Shown piece by piece: positions 1 through 7,868 of a DNA stretch of 64,000 nucleotides. The stretch is from Candidatus Woesearchaeota archaeon (GTDB lineage: Archaea > Nanobdellota > Nanobdellia > Woesearchaeales > JACPBO01): NCBI GenBank assembly GCA_030651135.1, contig JAUSCS010000006.1, positions 68,851 through 132,850 of the forward strand, written 5' to 3'. The first letter of the stretch is position 1, and the number at the start of each line of letters is the position of its first letter. The notes under the pieces were generated by a model. That model worked only from the letters and a program-made list of their open reading frames with translations. It ran no database searches and was not told the origin of the DNA. The position numbers were made by a program, and so were the translations under genes.

Positions 1-5
1 ACCTA

Positions 6-90
6 TGGTGCCGACGAGGCAGGGGTTGCTCCCTGCGGGATGCCGAGTAGGGCATTTTCGAGCTTTGCGAGAAAATGACCGTAGGCACCA
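6..90. other. GC-rich multi-hairpin intergenic element of unknown class (may be truncated by the window edge)
   Basis: Closing stem TGGTGCC(6-12)/GGCACCA(84-90) encloses hairpins GCAGGG/CCCTGC (19-36), ATGCC/GGCAT and CATTTTC/GAAAATG (53-77). No T-loop or anticodon arm, so not a tRNA. Confidence 0.35.
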
Positions 91-141
91 CAGATGGGTG
101 GAATTTTCTAAGAATAAAATTAAAACTTTTAAAGGTGCTTG

Positions 142-510
142 ATGGCAACAAAAGCATGGGCAATCATACTGATATTCATCGTTACAATTCTTACATCAGT
201 TGCCCAGATTCTCTATAAATTGGGCGTCAATAAAATTGATTCTTTCAGCTTTTATTCAGTAATAACCAACTATATATTAATAGGCGGCCTACTGGTATAC
301 GGCATTGCAGCCATTCTTATGCTCATTGCCTTTAAAGGCGGCGATGTTTCTGTCCTTTATCCCATAATTGCAGCAAGCTACATCTTTGTCGGTTTGTTGT
401 CGATCTATTTTTTCGGTGATGCCATGAATATGCTTAAATGGCTCGGTGTTTTATCAATTTTATTCGGAGTTATTTTCATAAACCTTAAGCCAGCAGGAGG
501 GAAAAAATAA
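142..510 (+). CDS. SMR/EamA-like (DMT superfamily) 4-TM transporter subunit
   Basis: About 122 aa, four hydrophobic helices, motif FKGGDVSVLYPIIAASY; AGGTG RBS upstream of ATG 142. Confidence 0.8.
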   Translation: MATKAWAIILIFIVTILTSVAQILYKLGVNKIDSFSFYSVITNYILIGGLLVYGIAAILMLIAFKGGDVSVLYPIIAASYIFVGLLSIYFFGDAMNMLKWLGVLSILFGVIFINLKPAGGKK

Positions 511-511
511 A

Positions 512-856
512 ATGGGTACGCAGTTATGGGCAATCGGCCTTGTGATATTGGGCACAGTCATTGCAGCATTAGCTCCAATACTCTGGAAAAAGGCTTCAAA
601 TGAATTTTCAGGCATAAAAGTATACATGAATTGGAAATTTATTGGCGGAGTTGTATTATACGGCCTCGGCACAGTTGCATTCATTCCTGCATTGAAAGGC
701 GGCGAATTATCTGTGCTCTATCCTTTTGTATCGCTGAGCTATGTTTGGGTCAGCTTGCTGTCAATAAAATTTTTAAAGGAAAAAATGACTTTGCTCAGGT
801 GGATCGGCATAGGATTGATTATTTTAGGTGTTAGCTTTATCGGGATTGGGAGCTGA
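512..856 (+). CDS. SMR/EamA-like 4-TM transporter subunit, paralogue of the upstream gene (probable heterodimer)
   Basis: Motif LKGGELSVLYPFVSLSY matches the upstream paralogue; 1-nt spacing. Confidence 0.8.
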   Translation: MGTQLWAIGLVILGTVIAALAPILWKKASNEFSGIKVYMNWKFIGGVVLYGLGTVAFIPALKGGELSVLYPFVSLSYVWVSLLSIKFLKEKMTLLRWIGIGLIILGVSFIGIGS

Positions 857-857
857 A

Positions 858-1535
858 ATGAAAACAACTGTTGTTTCATTAGGCGGTTCATTGATCGTTC
901 CAGACAGCATAGATGTTGGTTTTTTAAAAAATTTCAGAGCTCTTGTTTTAGGCTTTATTAAAAAAAACAATAAAATAATAATTGTATGCGGAGGCGGAAA
1001 CGTAAATAAGAAGTACAACACTGCAGCAAAACAGATAACCGATATTGATGATGATGATCTCGACTGGCTCGGCATAGCCTGCACAAAATTAAATGCAGAG
1101 CTTGTAAGATGCATCTTCTCTGATCATGCTTATGAAAAAGTTGTCAATAACCCGACTGAAAAAATAAAAACAAATAAAAGAATAATTGTTGCATCAGGCT
1201 GGGAGCCAGGACATAGCTCTGATTATGACAGCGTATTGCTTGCAAAAAATTTTGGATCAAAAACAATAATTAATCTGACAAATATAGACTATGTTTATGA
1301 CAAGGATCCAACAAAATTCCCGGATGCAAAGCCAATAAAGGAAATGACGTGGAAAGACTACAGAAAGATTGTCGGCGATAAATGGACTCCAAGGCTGAAC
1401 GCCCCATTTGATCCCATTGCATCAAAAGAAGCTGAAAGATTGGGGATAAAAGTTATGATTGCTAATGGAAAAAATCTTGATAATTTAAAGAATATATTGG
1501 ATGAAAAAGAATTCATCGGAACATTAATCTGTTAA
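858..1535 (+). CDS. pyrH: UMP kinase
   Basis: SLGGS N-terminus, VCGGG, SGWEPGHSSD, NIDYVYDKDP and PFDPIAS motifs of archaeal UMP kinase; ATG at 858. Confidence 0.92.
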   Translation: MKTTVVSLGGSLIVPDSIDVGFLKNFRALVLGFIKKNNKIIIVCGGGNVNKKYNTAAKQITDIDDDDLDWLGIACTKLNAELVRCIFSDHAYEKVVNNPTEKIKTNKRIIVASGWEPGHSSDYDSVLLAKNFGSKTIINLTNIDYVYDKDPTKFPDAKPIKEMTWKDYRKIVGDKWTPRLNAPFDPIASKEAERLGIKVMIANGKNLDNLKNILDEKEFIGTLIC

Positions 1536-1608
1536 TGGATATGGCACACATCAATATTGAAATCAAGGCAAAATGATTTGATCATGGCCGTATTAAAAAA
1601 ATCTTAAA

Positions 1609-2193
1609 ATGAAGCAAACAATAGTCTATTTTGTCAGGCATGGAACAATTGAAAATCCCGGAACAATACCGGGGGATTATGATTTTAACTTGAATTCAAA
1701 AGGAAAAGCTGAAATTCAAAAAGCGGCTAATTGGCTAAGCAATAAAGATATATCTGCAATATATTCAAGCCCGATAAAAAGAACTCTTGAGAGCGCGGAA
1801 ATAATCCAAAAGAAGTTTTTGAGTCTTAGAATAAATAAATCTTTTGAGATCAGGGAATGGATTAGGCCCTGGAGAGGAAAAGCCTATGAAAAAGTCATTA
1901 AAACAAGAGAATGGCAGGTATACCTTAACAATCCTACAAAATTAACTGGCTACCAAGATCTTAAGGGGCTATCAAAGAGGATGTTAAATTTTTTAAAAAA
2001 GCTATTAAAGAAACATTCAGCAAAAGAAATTGTTTGTGTTACACATCGAGACCCAATCGTGGCATTAAGATTAAAGCTTGAGAGAAAACCTCTAGATTTA
2101 CTAAACAAGATTAGTTGTGAAAGAGGTTCCATTAATATTCTTTATTTTAATGGCGGTAAATTAAACAAAATAAGATACGTAGAACCAGAATGA
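1609..2193 (+). CDS. Histidine phosphatase (phosphoglycerate mutase family)
   Basis: VRHG catalytic motif, IYSSPIKRT, IREW, VTHRDPI. Confidence 0.85.
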   Translation: MKQTIVYFVRHGTIENPGTIPGDYDFNLNSKGKAEIQKAANWLSNKDISAIYSSPIKRTLESAEIIQKKFLSLRINKSFEIREWIRPWRGKAYEKVIKTREWQVYLNNPTKLTGYQDLKGLSKRMLNFLKKLLKKHSAKEIVCVTHRDPIVALRLKLERKPLDLLNKISCERGSINILYFNGGKLNKIRYVEPE

Positions 2194-2244
2194 TTTCACC
2201 TAAAGAATAGAAATTTGTTTTTATACGCAATCTGGAATGAATAT

Positions 2245-2511
2245 CTAAGCCATCAATCTATGCTCTATTGTCTTATTCACTTTATGCCCATTGCCAATTA
2301 TTGTACTGCTTATCTTGCCGTTGTTCCATGAATCATGGCCTGATCCCTTGAACTTCATCTTTATATGCACTTTTCTTCCGCAGCCGCAGATTAAAGTTTT
2401 ATAATGCAGATAACCTTTAAATTCAGAATCCCAGATTTTGTCTTTTAAGCTAGAGCCGCAGTACAGGCATGTGTCCTGCTGAGCTTCTGATCTTGCGATA
2501 TGATGCGGCAT
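2245..2511 (-). CDS. Small zinc-ribbon hypothetical protein
   Basis: CLYC...CGCG cysteine pairs in an 88-aa ORF. Confidence 0.6.
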   Translation of the reverse strand: MPHHIARSEAQQDTCLYCGSSLKDKIWDSEFKGYLHYKTLICGCGRKVHIKMKFKGSGHDSWNNGKISSTIIGNGHKVNKTIEHRLMA

Positions 2512-2568
2512 ATCTTGCGGAAAAGGCAGTGTTTTATAAAGTTTGTGAAATTGAAATCGTCAGGTCTT

Positions 2569-2823
2569 TTACTCTCTTATAAAATCATAAATCTCTTGTT
2601 GCTTTTCTGAATTCAGTGAAATATGAACTTCGCCCGTGGATTGCTTTGTTTTAATAAAACCTTTCTCGATCAGATCTTTTATAGCATCGTCAGTTTCTTT
2701 TGCACCTCTTAAATGTGTTGGAATGCACTTTTTGAGGTTAGTTAGCTCAGTATGCCTGCCGCCCCAAATGCCCAAGTTGACTAATTTTCTTAAGAATCGT
2801 TTCATTATGAAAATTTTGTCCAT
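2569..2823 (-). CDS. Small basic hypothetical protein, paralogue of 57214..57468
   Basis: 84 aa; aligns along its whole length with the 57.2-kb ORF (RKL..W..H T..NL.K...AI.L....K......SLN..K..EI). Confidence 0.7.
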   Translation of the reverse strand: MDKIFIMKRFLRKLVNLGIWGGRHTELTNLKKCIPTHLRGAKETDDAIKDLIEKGFIKTKQSTGEVHISLNSEKQQEIYDFIRE

Positions 2824-2868
2824 TTAAAAAATAAGGAGATAAAACATTTATAAAGTTTTGTTCTTTAT

Positions 2869-2902
2869 TTGAAACGTATATGTTCCAAAATAGAAACATT
2901 TA
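2869..2902 (+). promoter_or_regulatory. Inverted repeat followed by a BRE/TATA-like motif in a divergent promoter
   Basis: TTGAAAC-gtatat-GTTCCAA (2869-2888) overlaps AAAATAGAAACATTTA (2887-2902). The 16-mer is identical to 57529-57544. Confidence 0.55.
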
Positions 2903-2928
2903 AATATGAGCTCTTCTACCTAAGTATA

Positions 2929-3243
2929 ATGGAAGAAACAATATTCACAAAAGCAATTGGAAACACGCCTAAAATAAAGGTATTGGAATTTTTGATAGAA
3001 GGCAGAGAATTAGATTACTCCATTTCCGATATTGCAGAAGGTGCTGGCATAGGAAGAACCACCTTATTCAGAATATGGGACGACCTAATAAAATCAAATG
3101 TAATAAAACATACAAGATACATTGGAAATGCCAAGCTCTACAAATTAAACATTGCAAATCCTTTTGTAAAGAAATTAATTGATTTGTTTGACACATTAGT
3201 CATCGCGCCATTGAACAAAAAGAAAATCGAAGTGATGCATTAA
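2929..3243 (+). CDS. Winged-helix DNA-binding protein, paralogue of 57604..57927
   Basis: KVLEFLIEGRELDYSISDIAEGAGIGRTTLF HTH followed by the wing IGNAKLYKLN; ATG at 2929. Confidence 0.8.
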   Translation: MEETIFTKAIGNTPKIKVLEFLIEGRELDYSISDIAEGAGIGRTTLFRIWDDLIKSNVIKHTRYIGNAKLYKLNIANPFVKKLIDLFDTLVIAPLNKKKIEVMH

Positions 3244-3251
3244 ATAAATTT

Positions 3252-3557
3252 TTATTGTTTTGTTTCCTTTTCAACCCATTTTCCATATTCTTCATTTACA
3301 TCAACATTCATCTTCATAATGCACGGCACTTCATAAGAATGGATCTTCTTGACTTCTTTCTTTATTTTCTCATAATTTTCATCTATTGTTTTAGCCAATA
3401 CAACATATTCATCTGTTTCTTCTATCTTGTCTTTCCACCAGTAAAAGCTTCTGATCGGAAACATATTAGTGCATGCTGCAAGCCTATTCTTAACCAGATG
3501 CATAGAGATCTTTCTTGCTTCTTCTTCATCTTTGCAGGTTATGTAAATCAGCATCAT
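3252..3557 (-). CDS. cutA: Divalent-cation tolerance protein CutA
   Basis: LAACTNMFPIRSFYWW and HSYEVPCI motifs; start ATG at 3557. Confidence 0.9.
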   Translation of the reverse strand: MMLIYITCKDEEEARKISMHLVKNRLAACTNMFPIRSFYWWKDKIEETDEYVVLAKTIDENYEKIKKEVKKIHSYEVPCIMKMNVDVNEEYGKWVEKETKQ

Positions 3558-3650
3558 GGCTGTAAAGTTATTTCCATTGTTTTTATAGTTTTTGATTTTG
3601 TCCGAAAAATACAACAATATTTAAAAACAAGCCTCTATTCTAAAGGGAAT

Positions 3651-4643
3651 ATGGAAACCATCATTTACACAAGCTGCATCGGGGCATTTGCATTTGACCA
3701 GAACTTCAATCTAGTTGATAAGCTGGAGTTTGAGGATATAAAAAATATTGACTTCAGTGAATGGCTGAATGAAGAAAAAAACTTAATAAAGAAATATTCA
3801 AAAAACAAAGTGTTCTTCCTTGGTTTAAAAAAAGAGAAAATGCCCAATGTTATTCTGACGCAGGACATCAGAAAATTAGAGGCAGTATCGGAATTTTTAA
3901 TGAAAAATAATTATTCCGGCAGGATAAGGGAGATCTGCATAAATAGGACAAAAGAAAAGGTCAAGGACTCTGTAACAAGCGATCTTCTCATAATCCAGGC
4001 AGTGAGCAGCATATCTGAAATTGAAAAAACAACAAGCACTTTAGTGAAAAGATTAAGGGAATGGTACGAGCTGCATAATCCTGAATTCTCGCGCTCAGTT
4101 GAGGATCACCAGAAATTCATCGAAGCTATCTTAAAGAAAAATAAAAAAGAGCTGCTGGGCGAAATAAAAGTCAAAATAACAATGGGGGCTGATTTTGAGA
4201 AAGAGGATCTGGATGCCATGTTTAATTTGGCAAAAGAGCTTGAAAATATTTATGCCTTAAAAAACAAGCAGGAAGAATACCTTGAAAAGATAATGAAGAA
4301 AGCAATGCCTAATGTCACAGAAATAGCAGGCTCATTTATCGGAGCGCAGTTAGTTGGGCATGCAGGCTCTCTGCAGAGGCTTGCTGAGATGCCTTCCTCT
4401 ACATTGCAGCTGTTGGGAGCTGAAAAGGCATTGTTCAGGCATTTGAGAAACAAGAAAGCATTGCCTCCAAAATACGGAGTGCTGCACGAGCATCCTTTAA
4501 TAGCAAAAAGCAAGAGATCAATGCACGGCAAAATAGCAAGGGCATTGGCTGATAAGATCTCATTGGCTGCAAAGCTTGATTACTTCAAAGGAGAGTTTAT
4601 GGGAGATAAATTAAGGAAAGCGTTGGAGGAGAAGTTTAAATGA
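3651..4643 (+). CDS. nop5: C/D box snoRNP protein Nop5 (Nop56/58)
   Basis: LREWYELHNPE, MPSSTLQLLGAEKALFRHL, PPKYGV and GKIARALADK Nop-domain motifs; true start ATG 3651. Confidence 0.93.
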   Translation: METIIYTSCIGAFAFDQNFNLVDKLEFEDIKNIDFSEWLNEEKNLIKKYSKNKVFFLGLKKEKMPNVILTQDIRKLEAVSEFLMKNNYSGRIREICINRTKEKVKDSVTSDLLIIQAVSSISEIEKTTSTLVKRLREWYELHNPEFSRSVEDHQKFIEAILKKNKKELLGEIKVKITMGADFEKEDLDAMFNLAKELENIYALKNKQEEYLEKIMKKAMPNVTEIAGSFIGAQLVGHAGSLQRLAEMPSSTLQLLGAEKALFRHLRNKKALPPKYGVLHEHPLIAKSKRSMHGKIARALADKISLAAKLDYFKGEFMGDKLRKALEEKFK

Positions 4644-5317
4644 AGCCAACAAAATTCCCTGGAATATTTTTTGAAGAAACAGACGGAAGAAAAACATTCT
4701 ACACTAAAAATCTCACTCCGGGAAAGCAGGTTTATGGTGAAAAGCTTGTTGCAGAAAGCGATATTGAATACAGGGAATGGGATATAAGAAGGAGCAAGCT
4801 TGCTGCTGCATTGATCAAGGGCATTGACCAGCTCGGCTTCAAGGAAGACTCTAAAGTTCTCTACCTTGGAAGCGCAACCGGAACAACTGTTTCGCATGTT
4901 TCCGATATTTGCGATAAAGGAATGATCTTTGCAATAGATTTTGCTCCCAGGGTAATGCGGGATCTGATGTTTTTGGCTGAGCGGAGAAAAAACATAATTC
5001 CGCTATTGGCAGATGCAAATAAGCCAGAAGAATATTACTCGTTTATTCCGGCAGCCGACATCATTTACCAGGATGTTGCCCAGAAAAACCAGGTTGAGAT
5101 ATTCCTGAAAAACATTAATTTGTTTCTGAAAAGCGCAGGCTATGCAATAATCGCTGTGAAATCAAGGTCAATTGACGTGACAAGAAGCCCGAAAGAAATA
5201 TTCTCCATTGTCAGAAGAGAGCTTGAAAACAGCCTCATTGTTGTTGATTACAGAGTTCTCGATCCATTTGAGAGGGATCACTGCATGTTTGTCTGCAAGA
5301 AAAAAAATGCTGCCTAA
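4640..5317 (+). CDS. flpA: Fibrillarin-like rRNA 2'-O-methyltransferase
   Basis: RSKLAAAL, VLYLGSATGTTVSHVSD, YQDVAQKNQ; 4-nt overlap with nop5. Confidence 0.95.
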   Translation: MKPTKFPGIFFEETDGRKTFYTKNLTPGKQVYGEKLVAESDIEYREWDIRRSKLAAALIKGIDQLGFKEDSKVLYLGSATGTTVSHVSDICDKGMIFAIDFAPRVMRDLMFLAERRKNIIPLLADANKPEEYYSFIPAADIIYQDVAQKNQVEIFLKNINLFLKSAGYAIIAVKSRSIDVTRSPKEIFSIVRRELENSLIVVDYRVLDPFERDHCMFVCKKKNAA

Positions 5318-5855
5318 AAAGATAATTGGAAAACGGATTTATTTAAGGCAATTAAAAAAATCAGATGCAAAACAGCTGGTTAAGATATGCCATGATAGGT
5401 CAATCCACAGATCCACCCGCGTGCCCTACCCTTACAGATTAAAAGATGCTCTGGCATTCCTGAAAAGAACAAGCGCAAGAAGAAAACATAGGAGTGAAAT
5501 TGTTTTCGGGATAATCAGCAAGGAAACAAAAGAGTTGATGGGCACTGTTTCTTTTGTAAGAACGAATAATAGAGACAACAAAACAGAGATAGGCTATTTG
5601 ATCGGAAAAAATTACAGAAATAAGGGCTATGTGAGTGAAGCTGTAAGATTGTTGCTTGATTTTGGCTTCAGAAAAATGAAATTCCACAAAATCTATATAA
5701 ATTGCGCAAAAGAAAACAAGGCATCGAAGCGGGTTATTGAAAAAGTTGGCTGCAAAGAGGAAGCTTTATTAAAAGAAGATATTTTTGTAGGAGGAAAGTA
5801 CCATGATTGTTATATCCACAGCATATTAAGGAAGGACTGGTTAAAATGCCATTAA
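5307..5855 (+). CDS. GNAT N-acetyltransferase, RimJ/RimL type
   Basis: EIGYLIGKNYRNKGYVSEAV acetyl-CoA motif and NKASKRVIEKVG; start ATG 5307. Confidence 0.88.
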   Translation: MLPKKIIGKRIYLRQLKKSDAKQLVKICHDRSIHRSTRVPYPYRLKDALAFLKRTSARRKHRSEIVFGIISKETKELMGTVSFVRTNNRDNKTEIGYLIGKNYRNKGYVSEAVRLLLDFGFRKMKFHKIYINCAKENKASKRVIEKVGCKEEALLKEDIFVGGKYHDCYIHSILRKDWLKCH

Positions 5856-7249
5856 AGCTTTTCAACACATCGATAAGGAAAAAAGAATTATTCAAGCCAA
5901 TAAATAAAAATGAAGTAAAAATGTATTCATGCGGACCAACGGTATATAATTACCCGCACATCGGCAATTACCGGGCTTATTTGGCTTCTGATCTATTAAG
6001 GCGTTATCTGGAATATAAAGGATTTAAAGTAAAGCAGGTCATGAATCTTACAGATGTCGATGACAAAACAATAAGGGACTCGCAGAAAGAAGGCATAACG
6101 CTTGATGAATTCACAATAAAATACAAAAAAATCTTCTTTGATGATCTTGAAACATTAAACATTGAAAAGGCAGAATACTATCCTGAAGCCACAAAGCATA
6201 TCAGGGAAATGGTTGAACTAGTCAAGGCATTGCTAAAAAAAGGCCATGCTTACAAAGGCGAAGATGGGTCAATCTATTATGATATCTCAACATTCAAGGA
6301 GTATGGAAAATTGGCCCATATCAAAGTTGATGAATTAAAAGCCGGAGCAAGGGTAAAGCATGATGAATATGCAAAAGAAGAAGCATCTGATTTTGTTTTG
6401 TGGAAAGCATGGGACGAGCATGACGGAAATATTTACTGGCAGAATGAGCTTGGAAAAGGAAGACCAGGCTGGCATTTGGAATGCTCTGCAATGTCAATGA
6501 AATATTTGGGAAAAACATTTGACATCCACACAGGCGGCATTGATCTTATTTTTCCGCATCACCAGAATGAGATTGCGCAAAGCGAAGGAGCAACTGGAAA
6601 GAAATTCGTGAATTACTGGCTCCATAATGAATGGCTTCTTGTCGAAGGCAAAAAGATGTCAAAGTCATTGGGAAATTTCTACACTTTGAGGGATGTCATA
6701 AACAAGGGCTACAAGCCGAAGGCAATAAGATATTTGTTGATCTCAAATCACTACAGGCAGCAGCTTAACTTTACTTTCGATGAATTGAAATCTGCAGAAT
6801 CAACAGTTGAAAAGTTCAGGGATTTTATTTTAAGCTTAAGAGATTACAAAGAGGTAAAAAAGGAAAATAGTAAAAAAATAAAATTATTGATAAAAAAATC
6901 AAAAACAGGGTTTGAATCTGCAATGGACGATGACTTAAACATTTCAGTTGCATTATCGCATATTTTTGATTTCATGAGAGAAATAAATATTTTGTTAACA
7001 AACAAGGAAATGAGTGAAAAAGATGCAAAAGTGATCCTTGATTTCATTTTTTCAATTGACAAAGTGCTTGGCATAATGGAAGAGAAAGAAGAAGTGCTGC
7101 CTTCTGCAATTAAAAAATTAATAGAAGAAAGGGAAACTGCAAGAAAAAATAAGAATTGGGCAGAAGCAGACAGAATAAGGTCAGATCTTGCCAAAAAAGG
7201 AATTCAATTAATGGATACTCCAGAAGGCGCAAGGTGGAAGAAGATATGA
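5846..7249 (+). CDS. cysS: Cysteinyl-tRNA synthetase
   Basis: CGPTVY, HIGN, GRPGWHLECSAM, DIHTGGIDLIFPHHQNE, KMSKS. Confidence 0.97.
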   Translation: MPLKLFNTSIRKKELFKPINKNEVKMYSCGPTVYNYPHIGNYRAYLASDLLRRYLEYKGFKVKQVMNLTDVDDKTIRDSQKEGITLDEFTIKYKKIFFDDLETLNIEKAEYYPEATKHIREMVELVKALLKKGHAYKGEDGSIYYDISTFKEYGKLAHIKVDELKAGARVKHDEYAKEEASDFVLWKAWDEHDGNIYWQNELGKGRPGWHLECSAMSMKYLGKTFDIHTGGIDLIFPHHQNEIAQSEGATGKKFVNYWLHNEWLLVEGKKMSKSLGNFYTLRDVINKGYKPKAIRYLLISNHYRQQLNFTFDELKSAESTVEKFRDFILSLRDYKEVKKENSKKIKLLIKKSKTGFESAMDDDLNISVALSHIFDFMREINILLTNKEMSEKDAKVILDFIFSIDKVLGIMEEKEEVLPSAIKKLIEERETARKNKNWAEADRIRSDLAKKGIQLMDTPEGARWKKI

Positions 7250-7383
7250 TCAACTGCATCAACAAAACAAAAAACGAGAAAGAATGCACATGCCCTGACA
7301 CAGACTGCGAAAGGCACGGGATCTGCTGCGAATGCATAAGCTATCACAGAAAACACGGTGATGGGCCTAATTGCTTGTTATGA
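7246..7383 (+). CDS. Small Cys-rich protein (DUF6485-like by recalled pattern)
   Basis: 45 aa, CTC...C.RHGICCECI.YH......P.C; overlaps both the cysS stop and the next start. Confidence 0.65.
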   Translation: MINCINKTKNEKECTCPDTDCERHGICCECISYHRKHGDGPNCLL

Positions 7384-7868
7384 AAATGAAAACTTCAATC
7401 AGGAAAGGCTTTGGTTTCGGATTGACATCGGGCATTATAACCACTCTCGGCTTGATTGTTGGCCTTAATTCCAGCACTCATTCTTCATTCGTCATTATCG
7501 GCGGCATTCTTGTGATAGCAGTAGCAGATGCCTTTTCAGATGCATTAGGAATGCATATGTCTGAGGAATCTGAAAACAGGCACACAACAAAGCAAATCTG
7601 GGAATCCACAATCTCAACCTTATTCTCTAAGTTCATTTTTGCATCAACGTTCATAATCCCGGTTTTATTATTTCCACTATCCACTGCAATAATTGCCAGC
7701 ATACTTTGGGGCCTGTCATTGATAGCAATATTCAGCCACTACATAGCCAGAAAGGAAAAAACACAGCCTTACAAAGTGATCATAGAGCATCTTGCTATTG
7801 CTATCATGGTCATAATTATAACACATTATGTCGGAGATTTTGTGAAAATTGTTTTTGGCGGATTATAA
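7380..7868 (+). CDS. VIT1/CCC1 family membrane transporter
   Basis: FGLTSGIITTLG and ADAFSDALGMHMSEE motifs; five TM helices. Confidence 0.85.
   Translation: MKMKTSIRKGFGFGLTSGIITTLGLIVGLNSSTHSSFVIIGGILVIAVADAFSDALGMHMSEESENRHTTKQIWESTISTLFSKFIFASTFIIPVLLFPLSTAIIASILWGLSLIAIFSHYIARKEKTQPYKVIIEHLAIAIMVIIITHYVGDFVKIVFGGL

Noticed and set aside
6-90. Window-start element as a tRNA or SRP RNA
   Set aside because: The GGTGCC/GGCACCA ends mimic an acceptor stem, but there is no TTC T-loop or anticodon arm. The reverse-strand GGGAGCAACC lacks the CAGG and GNRA of SRP helix 8.
3255-3650. 132-aa N-terminal extension of Nop5 in the ORF track
   Set aside because: It is the antisense of cutA, and the real start is ATG 3651.
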